Made by a program: the position numbers and the translations under genes. From assembly GCA_951406725.2 (NCBI GenBank), contig OX597833.1, positions 10,850,001 through 10,914,000 of the forward strand: a DNA stretch of 64,000 bases, in the 5' to 3' direction. This document shows positions 1 through 11,072 of the stretch, piece after piece. This DNA is from Octopus vulgaris (Eukaryota). The notes beneath the pieces were generated by a model. That model did no database searches, was not told the origin of the DNA, and was given only the letters and a program-made list of their open reading frames with translations. The stretch's first letter is position 1. Each line of letters begins with the position of its first letter.

Positions 1-359
1 TATTCCTGGCTTTGAATTAGCAGGATGTCATACAAAAGATCTTGAATACAAGACAATGGATGAGACCCTAATATTTCTAGTTTGATGGAAACTGTGGGAC
101 CCCATGGAGCAGTGCCCTGTAATTCCTATAGTATGCGCGACCGAGACCCCTATGCAAAAAAGGGGTGTCCTCTGGGAAGACCTAGATGAGATGAGATTTG
201 CTATTGCTTGTGTCTCAGTTTGGATGATTTTTCCATAGTACAAGCATTAGTGAGATTGCTTAGTGGCATATATTGCTAAGGTCCCTGTCCTCTGAGTGGG
301 CCTACAGTAGAGAAGATAGCTTTCTGCTATCATCTATATATATACAAGCTTGTCTTTTA

Positions 360-545
360 CATGTGCTGGTGCCACATAAAATGCACACATGCTGGTGGCA
401 TGTAAGAGGAATCCAGCACACCCTGTAAAGTGGTTGGTGTTAGGAAGGGCATCCAACCGTAGAAACCATACCACAACAGACAACTGGAATCTATCCGGCT
501 CCTGTCAAACCATCCAACCCATGCCAGCATGGAACAAGTGATGAC
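360..545 (+). mobile_element. RTE-LINE 3'-end remnant
   Basis: Contains tggttggtgttaggaagggcatcca.ccgtagaaa and ccaacccatgccagcatgga, as in the 3' UTR of the RTE at 21138-22990. Confidence 0.6.
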
Positions 546-564
546 AATATATAATGCATTTTAC

Positions 565-797
565 GGCGGCGAGCTGGCAGACACGTTAGCGCGCCGGGCG
601 GAATTCTTAGCGGTATTTCGTCTGTCGTTACGTTCCGAGTTCAAATTCCGCCGAGGTCAACTTTGCCTTTCATCAGTTCGGGGTCGATAAATAAAAGTAC
701 CAGTTTCGCACTGGGGGTCGATGTAATCGACTTAATCCCTTTGTCTGTCCTTGTTTATCCTCTCTGTGTTTAGCCCCTTGTGGGCAATAAAGAAATA
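565..797 (+). mobile_element. tRNA-derived SINE, family A, with TSD
   Basis: ggcggcgagctggcaga head, B-box-like gagttcaaattcc, tail agccccttgtgggcaataaagaaata. Flanked by direct repeat aatatataatgcatttt (546-562 and 798-814). Confidence 0.85.
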
Positions 798-876
798 AAT
801 ATATAATGCATTTTTTACATATACATACACACCTGTAAATATATACTGCTCTCTCTCTCTTTCTCTCTCTCTCTTT

Positions 877-919
<43 letters not shown>

Positions 920-942
920 ACTTCTGACAGATAATTTTTATA

Positions 943-1106
943 GGCGCAGGAGTGGCTGTGTGGTAAGTAGCTTGTTTACCAACCACATGGTTCCGGGTTC
1001 AGTCCCACTGCGTGGCAAGTGTCTTCTGCCATAGCCCCAGGCCGACCAATGCCTTGTGAGTGGATTTGGTAGACGGAAACTGAAAGAAGGCCGACGTATG
1101 TATATG

Positions 1107-1137
<31 letters not shown>

Positions 1138-1352
1138 TTGTGTGTCTGTGTTTGTTCCCCTAGCATTGCTTGACAACCGATGCTGGTGTGTTTACGTCCC
1201 CGTCACTTAGCGGTTCGGCAAAAAGAGGCCGATAGAATGAGTACTGGGCTTACAAAAAGAATAAGTCCCGGGGTCGAGTTGCTCGATTAAAGGCGGTGCT
1301 CCAGCATGGCCGCAGTCAAATGACTGAAACAAGTAAAAGAGTAAAAGAGAGA
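943..1352 (+). mobile_element. tRNA-derived SINE, family B
   Basis: ggcgcaggagtggctgtgtggtaag head, gggttcagtccc B-box-like motif, internal (TA)/(TG) tract, (gagtaaaa)n tail. Many copies in the window. Confidence 0.85.
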
Positions 1353-1380
1353 GTAAAGAGTATATATGTATTACGTTTAT

Positions 1381-1531
1381 CATCATCATCATCATCATCA
1401 TCATCGTTTAACGTCCGTTCTCCATGCTAGCATGGGTTGGACGGTTCGACCGGGGTTCTGGGAAGCCAGAAGGCTGCACCAGGCTCCAGTCTAATCTGGC
1501 AATGTTTCTACAGCTGGATGCCCTTCCTAAC
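1381..1531 (-). mobile_element. RTE-LINE 3'-end remnant with (GAT)n tail
   Basis: Reverse complement of the terminal ~150 bp of the RTE at 22850-22990. Confidence 0.75.
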
Positions 1532-1718
1532 GTTTATATATTCGTGAAATCGTGTGTTGGAACAGATATTGTTGTATTTAGGAATGGTCATTTTGCCAGT
1601 TTAGCCGAAATAAGATTAAGATTAATGTAAAAAATAAATAACACTGAAGCAAAGTAACACCAAATATATAGTGCGTGTGTTTTTATTGGCTAAACTGGCA
1701 AAATGACCATTCCGAAAT

Positions 1719-1759
<41 letters not shown>

Positions 1760-1760
<1 letters not shown>

Positions 1761-1986
1761 TTTATTTAAAGCAGCAGAAAATGCAACAAAACCTGTTACT
1801 CTGAGTTTCGCGTTGCCGTTCATCGAACAGTTTTTTCTAGCAAAAACTGTCTGATGAACGGCAACGCGAAACTCAGAGTAACAGGTTTTGTTGAATTTTC
1901 TGCTACTTTAAATAAAGCATATTACTCTACCACTGGTATTTGAGTACTCTTTTATGCACCTTGTTTCACATTTATGTGTTTACTCT

Positions 1987-1990
<4 letters not shown>
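1760..1990 (+). mobile_element. Foldback element in (TA)n carrying a minimal hammerhead ribozyme (Penelope-like terminal repeat)
   Basis: Near-perfect inverted repeat 1760-1917. The right arm holds CTGATGA...GAAA-CTCAGAG-TA. Related copy at 23340-23570. Confidence 0.7.
1843..1890 (+). ncRNA. Putative minimal type I hammerhead ribozyme
   Basis: Stem I aaaactgt/acaggtttt, CUGAUGA 1851-1857, short stem II (cg-gcaa-cg), GAAA 1868-1871, stem III CUC-A-GAG, GUA cleavage triplet ending at 1880. Confidence 0.65.
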
Positions 1991-2028
<38 letters not shown>

Positions 2029-2143
2029 ACAATTGTAGCGTGAAAGGTGTTTCTTAAATGGCTTATAAACACCTTCCACGCTGCAATTGTTTTCGTTTCA
2101 GCACACGATCTCAGATCAAATTACTTGCTATGCGAGTACATCT

Positions 2144-2185
<42 letters not shown>

Positions 2186-2274
2186 ATAATAAAAGGGTAA
2201 AATTAATTAATTATTAATTAATTTTACCAAGTAGTGTTCAGTATGTAAAAAGACCATTTACGGTATATTTAAAA

Positions 2275-2590
2275 CATTACATTTATATAATTAGGGTTCA
2301 GTAAAATAATTTACTTTACCACACACAGAACTTTTAGAAATAGCAGCCAAAAAATCTTAGCTATTTCTTCTACTATAAGAAAAATCTCCCAGACAATGTA
2401 TACTCAAAAATAATTCACGCAGGTATAGAGGGAAAAATACCTGCGTGAATTATTTTTGAGTATACATTGTCTGGGAGATTTTTCTTATAGTAGAAGAAAT
2501 AGCTAAGATTTTTTGGCTGCTATTTCTAAAAGTTCGGTGTGTGGTTAAAGTAAATTATTTTACTGAACCCTAATTATATAACGTAATATA
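2275..2590. repeat. Long inverted repeat (~150-bp arms), foldback element
   Basis: Left arm tataattagggttcagtaaaataat...tcacgcaggtat is the reverse complement of atacctgcgtga...ttactgaaccctaattata. Short spacer near 2426-2437. Confidence 0.85.
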
Positions 2591-2621
2591 TATATAGATA
2601 TGTGTTGATTTATCTTTGCAG

Positions 2622-2755
2622 TGTAATCTCAGTGACCTGCCCCCAGCCTCAGATGATGTACTGTCTTTGTTTCATAAGTGCAGCGTTGTGCAGTGCACTG
2701 CAGCTGGCACTGAGGTGGTCGTTTGTAACAAATGCAGAGCTGATGTTTGTTTAAA
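2622..2755 (+). CDS. ZFAND1: AN1-type zinc finger protein 1, internal coding exon (start of second AN1 finger)
   Basis: ttgcag| acceptor and |gtaagt donor. Translates CNLSDLPPASDDVLSLFHKCSVVQCTAAGTEVVVCNKCRADVCL(K). Joined to the next exon it gives C-x4-C-x9-C-x2-C-x4-C-x2-H-x5-H-x-C, the AN1 finger. Ends in phase 2. Confidence 0.9.
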
Positions 2756-2851
2756 GTAAGTAAGCTGCTCGTTATATCCCATCTCTAGCATTAGATTCTC
2801 CTATGTGGAATTTACATTCTGAAGCAGGTTGTGTTTAGAGAGTGCTATTTC

Positions 2852-3285
2852 TGGCCATCGCCTGGCCCCCGTGCCAGTGGCACATAAAAAGCACCATCCG
2901 ATCGTGGCCGTTTGCCAGCCTCCCCTGGCACCTGTGCTGGTGGCACGTAAGAAGCACCCACTACACTCACGGAGTGGTTGGCGTTAGGAAGGGCATCCAG
3001 CCGTAGAAACACTGCCAGATCTGACTGGGCCTGATGCAGCCTCCTTGCTTCCCAGACCCCAGTTGAACCATCCAACCCATGCTAGCATGGAAAGCGGACG
3101 TTAAACAATGATGATGATGACGATCATCATCATCGTTTAACGTCCGTTTTCCATGCTAACATGGGTTGGACTGTTCAACTGGGGTCTGTGAAGCCAGAAG
3201 GCTGTGCCAGGCCCAGTCTGATCTGGCAATGTTTCTACGGCTGGATGCCCTTCCTAACGCCAACCACTCCGTGGGTGTATTGGGT
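2852..3285. mobile_element. Two tail-to-tail RTE 3'-end remnants (+ 2852-3122, - 3124-3285)
   Basis: Both match the RTE 3' UTR and meet at gatgatga/catcatcat tails. Confidence 0.75.
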
Positions 3286-3431
3286 GCTGATGATGAAAAT
3301 AGTATTTTGTGTTTGTAGATGTATGAAGGCCTTGGGTTCGATCTTCCACATAAATGCTTTCTCATTGGTAAAGCTTTCCTGTATATATGCTTAATGTATG
3401 TTTTCCCAAATAAGTTGCACTTCATATCTGA

Positions 3432-3512
3432 GGCTCTGATGAAACTGTAAGGTGTTACTCAGACACTTAACTATGTGTCCACCACATCTTATAGTGGAAA
3501 CGACTGTAAGCT
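3432..3512 (+). ncRNA. Putative hammerhead ribozyme with extended stem II
   Basis: ggct-CTGATGA(3436-3442)-actgtaaggtg...catcttatagt-GAAAC-gact-GTA(3506-3508)-agct. Confidence 0.5.
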
Positions 3513-3584
3513 AATGGAATTCATAAGATAATTGTTTGCCCCTTTGCCAACTCTTTTCTTTTATATCTTTCTCTTTTCTTTTCT

Positions 3585-3795
3585 CTCTTTTACTTGTTTC
3601 AGTCATTTGACTGCGGCCGTGCTGGAGCACTGCCTTTAATCGAGCAACTCGACCTCAGGACTTATTCTTTTGTAAGCCCAGTACTTATTCTATCAGTCTC
3701 TTTTGCCGAACTGCTAAGTGACGGGGACGTAAACACACCAGCATCGGTTGTCAAGCAATGCTAGAGGGACAAACACAGACACACAAACACACATA

Positions 3796-3827
<32 letters not shown>

Positions 3828-3992
3828 CGACAGGCTTCTTTCAGTTTCCGTCTACCAAATCCACTCACAAGGCATTGGTCAGCCCGAGGCTATAGCAGAA
3901 GACACTTGATCAAGATGCCATGCAGTGGGACTGAACCTGGAACCATGTGGTTGGTTAGCAAGCTACTTACCACACACCTACTCCTGCACCTA
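3585..3992 (-). mobile_element. SINE family B
   Basis: Full-length reverse-complement match to 943-1352. Confidence 0.85.
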
Positions 3993-4306
3993 TATATTTA
4001 TTCACATACTCAGATGCAGACGTATATGCATTGATTTGCTGTGTTAGTATTTCAAGTTTTTCTTCTGTGATTGCATTGGTTGGGTTTGAGCACATAGTCA
4101 CTGATTTTATTTTTCACTGCTGATCTCGATGAAATGAGTACTAGTTTAATACTTACCATAAATTATGGCACTTGTTGAAATCCATAGATTTTCCTGGTAA
4201 CTTTGACTCATGACATCCTCATGTATTAGAAAACTATATTGTATTTAATATATATATGTATATATATGTATAAATTTTAAAATAAGGATAAAATCTTTAT
4301 AAGAAA

Positions 4307-4796
4307 CTAGCAGTATCGCCCGGCGTTGCTCGGGTTTGTAAGGGAAATAACTATATAAGCATAACTATATAAGCTTTCTTAGCCATTTCTGTTTTGGTGT
4401 CTTCAAGCCATGAAGTCGTTGTTCTAAAAGAACGCTGGTCTCCTTGACAACGCTTTACGATGTTGATTTCCTTACACTCCCTTCCCCACAGCTTCATGAG
4501 GGAGGGAAGAAGGGGGAGAAGCAAACACAGGTGCAGGTGTTTGAGCGTGGACGCCAACTCCGCCGCCATCAACACACGAAAAATTATGCATTAAAATGGA
4601 ATAAAAAATGATGTTAAATTATTTTTTAAATCGTAGACTCATCGTAGACGCGCGCTAATAGCCAGACGGGCTCGATATGAATCACGACTATAAGATACCC
4701 GAATTTGGTTAAACTGCACCGCAAAATGTGGGAGTAGTTAGGAATCTAAATCGAAGGGGACAGACACTCACACAACTACAGTTTTATATATATAGA
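4307..4796 (-). mobile_element. Non-autonomous Helitron
   Basis: On the minus strand: 5' TC start, 3' hairpin cccgagcaacgccggg followed by CTAG, inserted at A|T. Same 3' end as 9269-9645. Confidence 0.75.
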
Positions 4797-4912
4797 TATG
4801 TATAAATTTAAAAATAAGGATAAAATCTTTATAAGAAATTATCAAGTAGTTAGCGTGAAAAACCTCGTAAGAGAAAAATCTGTAAATTTTTTCAACTTTG
4901 AAAATACTTATT

Positions 4913-5147
4913 TATATTATATAGAGGGTACTATTATTCATAGGTACCGCACGCTAGGAGGGACTTTTGCAGTCAAAACTACTTAAATAAACAAATTGTA
5001 CCGAATGCAAAACTTCAAAGCGAATCATTTAAAAACAGAATTTGAAGTTTTGCATTTGGTACAATTTGTTTATTTAAGTAGTTTTGACTGCAAAAGTCCC
5101 TCCTAGCATGTGGTACCTATGAATAATAGTACCCTCTATATAATATA
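4913..5147. repeat. Long inverted repeat (~105-bp arms), foldback element
   Basis: tatagagggtactattattcataggtacc...caaaacttcaaa pairs with tttgaagttttgc...ggtacctatgaataatagtaccctctata. Confidence 0.85.
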
Positions 5148-5353
5148 TATATGTATATATATGTCCCTGTAACTTAGCGGTTCGGCAAAAAAAAAAGAGA
5201 CCGATAAAATAAGTACTAGGCTTACAAAGAATAAGTCCTGGGGTTGATTTGATCGACTAAAGGCGGTGCTCCAGCATGGCCACAGTCACATGACTGAAAC
5301 AAGTAAGAGTATAAGAGTAAGAGTATATATATGTGTGTGTGTGCTTCTTGTAG

Positions 5354-5442
5354 ACACAGGCATTCCTGGGACCACAAATGTCTGGAGGAGGAAGAAAAGG
5401 AAGAGGTTTCGAAAACTGCAGAACATGTTGGTAAGATTTTAG
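5354..5442 (+). CDS. ZFAND1: ZFAND1 coding exon (end of AN1 finger and linker)
   Basis: ttgtag| acceptor and |gtaagt donor. (K)HRHSWDHKCLEEEEKEEVSKTAEHVGKIL resembles vertebrate ZFAND1 HRHQSDHEC. Phases (2 in, 1 out) fit the neighbouring exons. Confidence 0.9.
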
Positions 5443-5539
5443 GTAAGTGTTACTTGAGGACTGATAAGCTTTTTCGGCTTGGTGTTTATATCTCTTCTCG
5501 TATTATGTATGTATGTATGTATGTATGCATGATGCTGCT

Positions 5540-5614
5540 GCATCATCATCATCAATCATCATCATCATCAATCATCATCAATCATCATCATCATCATCAA
5601 TCACCATCATCATC

Positions 5615-5649
<35 letters not shown>

Positions 5650-6205
5650 ATCATCATCAATAATCATCATTATCATTCATCATCATCATCATCAATCATC
5701 ATCATTATCATCATCAATCACCATCATTGATCAACATCATCAATCATCATCCATCATCATCAATCATCATCATCAACATCATCAATCATCATCATCAATC
5801 ATTATCATCATCAATCATCATCAATCAATCATCATCATCATCAATCATCATCAATCATCATCATCATCATCAATCACCATCATCATCAATCATCATCATC
5901 ATCATCATGAATCATCAATCATCATCAATAATCATCATCATTATCATTCATCATCATCATCATCAATCATCATCATTATCATCATCAATCACCATCATTG
6001 ATCAACATCATCAATCATCATCCATCATCATCAATCATCATCATCAACATCATCAATCATCATCATCAATCATCATCATCATCATCATCAATCATCATCA
6101 TCACCATCAATCATCATCATCACCATCAATCATCATCATCACCATCACCATCATCATCATCACCACCACCACCATCACCATCACCATCATCATCATCATC
6201 ATCAT
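5540..6205. repeat. Complex (CAT)n microsatellite with internal ~270-bp duplication
   Basis: CAT/CAAT repeats. The motif ccatcattgatcaacatc recurs at ~5721 and ~5992. Confidence 0.95.
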
Positions 6206-6311
6206 CTGGGTTGGATGGTTATCGATGACTCTCTGGATCATTTCTTCTGGAATGGCTGCTATTTCTACACAAATTGCACGTTTTAATTCATTACTAGATT
6301 GAGGGCGATGA

Positions 6312-6717
6312 CTCTTACTCTTTTACTTGTTTCAGTCATTTGACTGCGGCCATGCTGGAGCACTGCCTTTTAGTCGAGCAAATCAACCCCGGGACTTATT
6401 CTTTGTAAGCCCAGTACTTATTCTATTGGTCTCTTTTGCCGAACCGCTAAGTGACGGGGACGTAAACACACCAGCATCGGTTGTCAAGCAATGCTAGGGG
6501 GACAAACAGACACACACGCACACACACATACACATATATATATATATACATATATACAACAGGCTTCTTTCAGTTTCTGTCTACCAAATCCACTCACAAG
6601 GCATTGGTCGGCCCGGGGCTATGGCAGAAGACACTTGCCCAAGATGCCACGCAGTGGGACTGAACCCGGAACCATGTGGTTGGTTAGCAAGCTACTTACC
6701 ACACAGCCATTCCTGCG
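6312..6717 (-). mobile_element. SINE family B
   Basis: Reverse-complement match to 943-1352. Confidence 0.85.
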
Positions 6718-6761
6718 ACTGAATACTTTTGATTTTAGATATCCCCACAAGAAGAAATCAC

Positions 6762-6994
6762 ATTCCACCATTCCAGAAGAAATGATCCATAGAGTTATCG
6801 ATAACTTTCATGAACGTCTCCAACAGTGTGTTGACAACGACGGGAAGCATTTAGCTGATTTAATTTTAAAAACTTAATGAAATAAAATGGCATTATATGT
6901 ACATTCAGAAAATAAAATTTTTCTTTTCATTATTTCTTATTTTGTGCTTTTATTAAATCTCCAAATGCGTCAGATCATTTTGGTCCACCCTGTA
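6762..6994 (+). mobile_element. Tc1/mariner 3' fragment with terminal inverted repeat
   Basis: IPEEMIHRVIDNFHERLQQCVDNDGKHL is a typical transposase C-terminus. Ends in ggtccaccctg-TA. Confidence 0.7.
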
Positions 6995-7001
6995 TTTCAA
7001 A

Positions 7002-8010
7002 TGGTTGGTGTTAGGAAGGTCATCCAACTGTAGAAATCATGCCAGAACTGACCGCGTCTGTACTGGTGCCACGTATAAAGTCCAATACATGCTGGTGCCA
7101 TGTATACAGTCCAATCTGTTGGGTGGTTGATATTAGGAAGGGCATCCAGCCGTAGAAATCATGCCAGAACTGACCGCGTCTGTGCTGGTGCCATGTATAA
7201 AGTCCAATACATGCTGGTGCCATGTATACAGTCCAATCTGTAGGGTGGTTGATATTAGGAAGGGCATCCAGCTGTAGAAATCATGCCAGAACTGACCGCG
7301 TCTGTACTGGTGCCACGTATAAAGCACTCAGTCCAATCTATAGGGTGGTTGGTGTTAGGAAGGGCATCCAGTCGTAGAAATCATGCCAGAACTGACTGCA
7401 TCTGTGCTGGTGCCACGTATAAAGCACTCAGTCCAATCTATAGGGTGGTTGGTGTTAGGAAGGTCATCCAGCCGTAGAAATCATGCCAGAACTGACCGCG
7501 TCTGTGCTGGTGCCACGTATAAAGTCCAATACATGCTGGTGCCATGTATACAGTCCAATCTGTAGGGTGGTTGATATTAGGAAGGGCATCCAGCCGTAGA
7601 AATCATGCCAGAACTGACCGCGTCTGTGCTGGTGCCATGTATAAAGTCCAATACATGCTGGTGCCATGTATACAGTCCAATCTGTAGGGTGGTTGGTGTT
7701 AGGAAGGGCATCCAGCTGTAGAAATCATGCCAGAACTGACCGCGTCTGTGCTGGTGCCACGTATAAAGCACTCAGTCCAATCTATAGGGTGGTTGGTGTT
7801 AGGAAGGGCATCCAGCCGTAGAAATCATGCCAGAACTGACTGCGTCTGTGCTGGTGCCACGTATAAAGCACTCAGTCCAATCTATAGGGTGGTTGGTGTT
7901 AGGAAGGGCATCCAGCCATAGAAATCATGCCAAACAGACACAGAAGCCTGATGTAGTCTACTGCCTGGCTGGCTCCTGTCAAGCGGTCTAACCTTTACCA
8001 GCATGATGAT
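7002..8010 (+). repeat. Tandem array of ~100/121-bp units derived from an RTE-type 3' UTR, with a 444-bp higher-order duplication
   Basis: About nine copies of taggaagggcatccagccgtagaaatcatgcca. Track ORFs recur at an offset of 444 (7020/7464, 7133/7577, 7283/7727). Confidence 0.85.
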
Positions 8011-8044
8011 GTGAGTCTTGACTAAGTGTTACTTTAATAGATGA

Positions 8045-8176
8045 TGGCTTGGCTGTGTGGTGAGAAGTTCGTTTCCTAACCATATGGTTCCAAGTTCAAT
8101 CCCGCTCTTCTCCTATACACCTGGGCTGACCAAAGTCTTGTGAATGGATTTGGTAGAGGGGAAACTGAAAGAAACT

Positions 8177-8209
<33 letters not shown>

Positions 8210-8397
8210 CTTTGTGTCACCCCCCTCCCTCCCGCACTGGTTGATAACCAATGGTGATTTGTGTATGCTCCCCGTAACTTAATGGTTTGGCAAAAGTGAC
8301 CAATGGGATAAGTACCTGGTTTTAAATATAAATGCTTTGCTCTGCAAACCCTTCAGGGCTGTGCTCCAGTATGGCCGCAGTCTAATGACTGCAGTAA
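8045..8397 (+). mobile_element. SINE family B, diverged copy
   Basis: Degenerate head, gtggatttggtaga core and gctccagtatggccgcagtc tail. Confidence 0.7.
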
Positions 8398-8707
8398 GTC
8401 CATTTGGCAAAGAGATTTGAATACTGAAGGGTTAAAGCATGTAATAAAGACCCAACTTTGCATATAAGACCTGGGGTAAGTTTTGGGAGGAAAACACGCA
8501 TCTTAAATGCTATTTAAATGTAACGTGTATTTTTAATATTTATTTTCTAATTATTTTGTTCTTAATATTTCAATTTTAGTTTTTTTTTCTTCTTTCATCT
8601 TAGACTAATTTTCATATTTTTGCTTTTTTTTTTTTAACGAAATCTCTATCTTAAAAAAAATTTTTTTCTTTTGTTTTTCTTAACCCTCCACCCCCCAAAA
8701 CCCCCAG

Positions 8708-8907
8708 AAAAAGCATCCAAGCCAAAACCACAAGGGAAGGCAAAACCAAGTGCTAAAGCAGAGAAAATGGCTGCAAAGATAGCACTTATGAAGTTGAAGA
8801 TGAAAGCTGTTGGAGACAAGAACGTTCTCTCAGAGAATCGAATACATTTGTTAGTATTCTTACCAAAACAGAGTGGACAGCAGTCAAAAGCTCTTTACTT
8901 TTATAAG
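8708..8907 (+). CDS. ZFAND1: ZFAND1 coding exon
   Basis: cccag| acceptor and |gtatgt donor. AAKIALMKLKMKAVGDKNVLSENRIHLLVFLPKQ matches the ZFAND1 hallmark AAKVALMKLKMHADGDKSLPQTERIYFQVFLPK (recalled). Confidence 0.95.
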
Positions 8908-9268
8908 GTATGTTCTAGGTCTTCATATGATATATACACTCTTTTTTTCTTGGTTCTGTAGTGATTTTAGTCAAAATGGTTGCGATATCTTTATATATAA
9001 AACTGAAGTTGTGTGAGAGTCTGTCTACTCCGATTTAGATTCCTAACTACTCCCTGTAACTAAGCAAAAGAGACCAATAGAATAAGTACTGGGCTTACAA
9101 AGAATAAGTCATGGGATTGATTTGCTTGACTAAAGGCGGTGCTCCAGCATGGCCACAATCAAACGACTGAAACAAGCAAAAGAGTATATGGCCAGATCCT
9201 AGTCTCCTGTCATTATACAGTTTTCAAGTTCCTCCAATATATATATATATATATATTTAAAATATAAA

Positions 9269-9645
9269 TCTCTTCTCTCTCTATATAAACGGCAGTTTGT
9301 CTGTGCGTGTTTCTGTGTGTCTGTTTTCTCGTACCCTCACCCTGACCACGGCTTTCAACCGATTCTGATGAAACTTGACACACACATAGCCCAATGTCAT
9401 AATTCAAAACTAACGCAGCGAAAATTTTGAAAAGTTCCCCCAGTTCTGAAAAAAATCGATAAATTCGACATGGGGTCGAGAATCAGAAACCCAAACCACA
9501 GACCGTCTAGGGGACGCAACTCGACCTTTTTAACTAAGAAAAAAATTTACCATCATTTTTTTTCCATTTTTTGGCTATAACTCTCTAAAAATGCTCTATA
9601 ATTATTTCCCTTACAAACCCGAGCAACGCCGGGCGATACTGCTAG
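9269..9645 (+). mobile_element. Non-autonomous Helitron
   Basis: a|TC start, 3' hairpin cccgagcaacgccggg, CTAG|t end. Confidence 0.75.
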
Positions 9646-9778
9646 TTTGAGATAAAACCACTATTATGCAACTGTGATAGACATAAACCAAAACATAAAT
9701 AACAAATAAGATATATTTTTATAAAACATATAACAAGATCTCAAAAAGTATAAAAATGAATAATCAATATATAATAAG

Positions 9779-9813
<35 letters not shown>

Positions 9814-9929
9814 CATGCATTACCCCTCTCTCGATATCCTACGTTCTACTTGCCTAGAACCTGTCATCATTTCTCTGAACCACCCCTCCCCACTGGTGCT
9901 TCCCTATATTTCTGCACCCCCCCCCACAC

Positions 9930-10503
9930 ACATAAAAAGCACCATCCGAACGTGGCCGATGCCAGACCCCTCTGGCACTTGTGCAGGTGGCACGTAAAAA
10001 CACCCACTACACTCGCAGAGTGGTTGGTGTTAGGAAGGGCATCCAGCTGTAGAAACACTGCCAGACTAGACTGGAGCCTGGGGCAGTCCCGAGCTCCCCA
10101 GACCCCGGTCGAAACCGTCCAACCCGTGCTAGCGCGGAAAACGGACGTTAAACGATGATGATGATGATGATGATGATATAGGTGCCGGGGGCACGTAAGA
10201 GAATCATCCGAACATCGCCGTTGCCAGCCTCGCCTGGCCTCCGTGCCAGTGGCACGTAAAAAAGCACCATCCGATCATGGCCGTTTGCTAGCCTCGTCTG
10301 GCACCTGTGTCGGTGGCACGTAAAAAGCACCCACTACACTCACGGAGTGGTTGGCGTTAGGAAGGGCATCCAGACGTAGAAACATTGCCAGATCAGACTG
10401 GAGCCTGGTGCTGCCTCCTGGCTTCCCAGACCCCAGTTGAACCGTCCTACCCATGCAAGCATGGAAAGCGGACGCTAAACGATGATGATGATGATGACGA
10501 TGA
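9930..10503 (+). mobile_element. Two tandem RTE 3'-end remnants (9930-10176, 10180-10503)
   Basis: Each has the ggtggcacgtaaaaagcacc unit(s), the aggaagggcatcc motif and a (GAT)n tail. Confidence 0.8.
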
Positions 10504-10583
10504 GATGAATTTCCTTTTTTCTTCACACTAAACAATCTTTTGGTATTCGCACATAAAATACAAGTTCTCATTCTCTATTTCAG

Positions 10584-10664
10584 GCCCTTAAAGTTGGTAA
10601 AGTGATCGACAAATTGAGTGACAACTATAACATTCTGAATAAGAATAATCGTCCTGATGGTAAG
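10584..10664 (+). CDS. ZFAND1: ZFAND1 coding exon (ubiquitin-like domain)
   Basis: tttcag| acceptor and |gtgagt donor, 81 nt, phase 0/0. ALKVGKVIDKLSDNYNILNKNNRPDGK resembles ZFAND1 WSIGKAIDFAASLARLKNDNN. Confidence 0.9.
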
Positions 10665-10685
10665 GTGAGTAATTATGATGGCAGC

Positions 10686-11072
10686 TCTTTTACTTTTACT
10701 AGTTTCAGTCATTTGACTGCGGCCATGCTGGAGCACCGCCTTTAATCGAGCAACTCGACCCCGGGACTTATTCTTTTGTAAGCCCAGTACTTATTCTATC
10801 GGTCTCTTTTGCCGAACCGCTAAGTTACGGGGACGTAAACACACCAGCATCGGTTGTCAAGCAATGCTAGGGAGACAAACACAGACACACAAACGCATAT
10901 ATATATATATGACGGGCTTCTTTTCAGTTTCCGTCTACCAAATCCACTCACAAGGCTTTGGTCGGCCCGAGGCTATAGTAGAAGACACTTGCCCAAGGTG
11001 CCACGCAGTGGGACTGAACCCGGAACCATGTGGTTGGTAAACAAGCTACTAACCACACAGCCACTCCTAGCG
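10686..11072 (-). mobile_element. SINE family B
   Basis: Reverse-complement match to 943-1352. Confidence 0.85.

Noticed and set aside
1-340. 71-aa minus-strand ORF or upstream ZFAND1 exon
   Set aside because: No AN1 motif or recognisable domain in the frames examined.
5513-6302. His/Ser/Ile-rich ORFs
   Set aside because: (CAT)n microsatellite inside a ZFAND1 intron.
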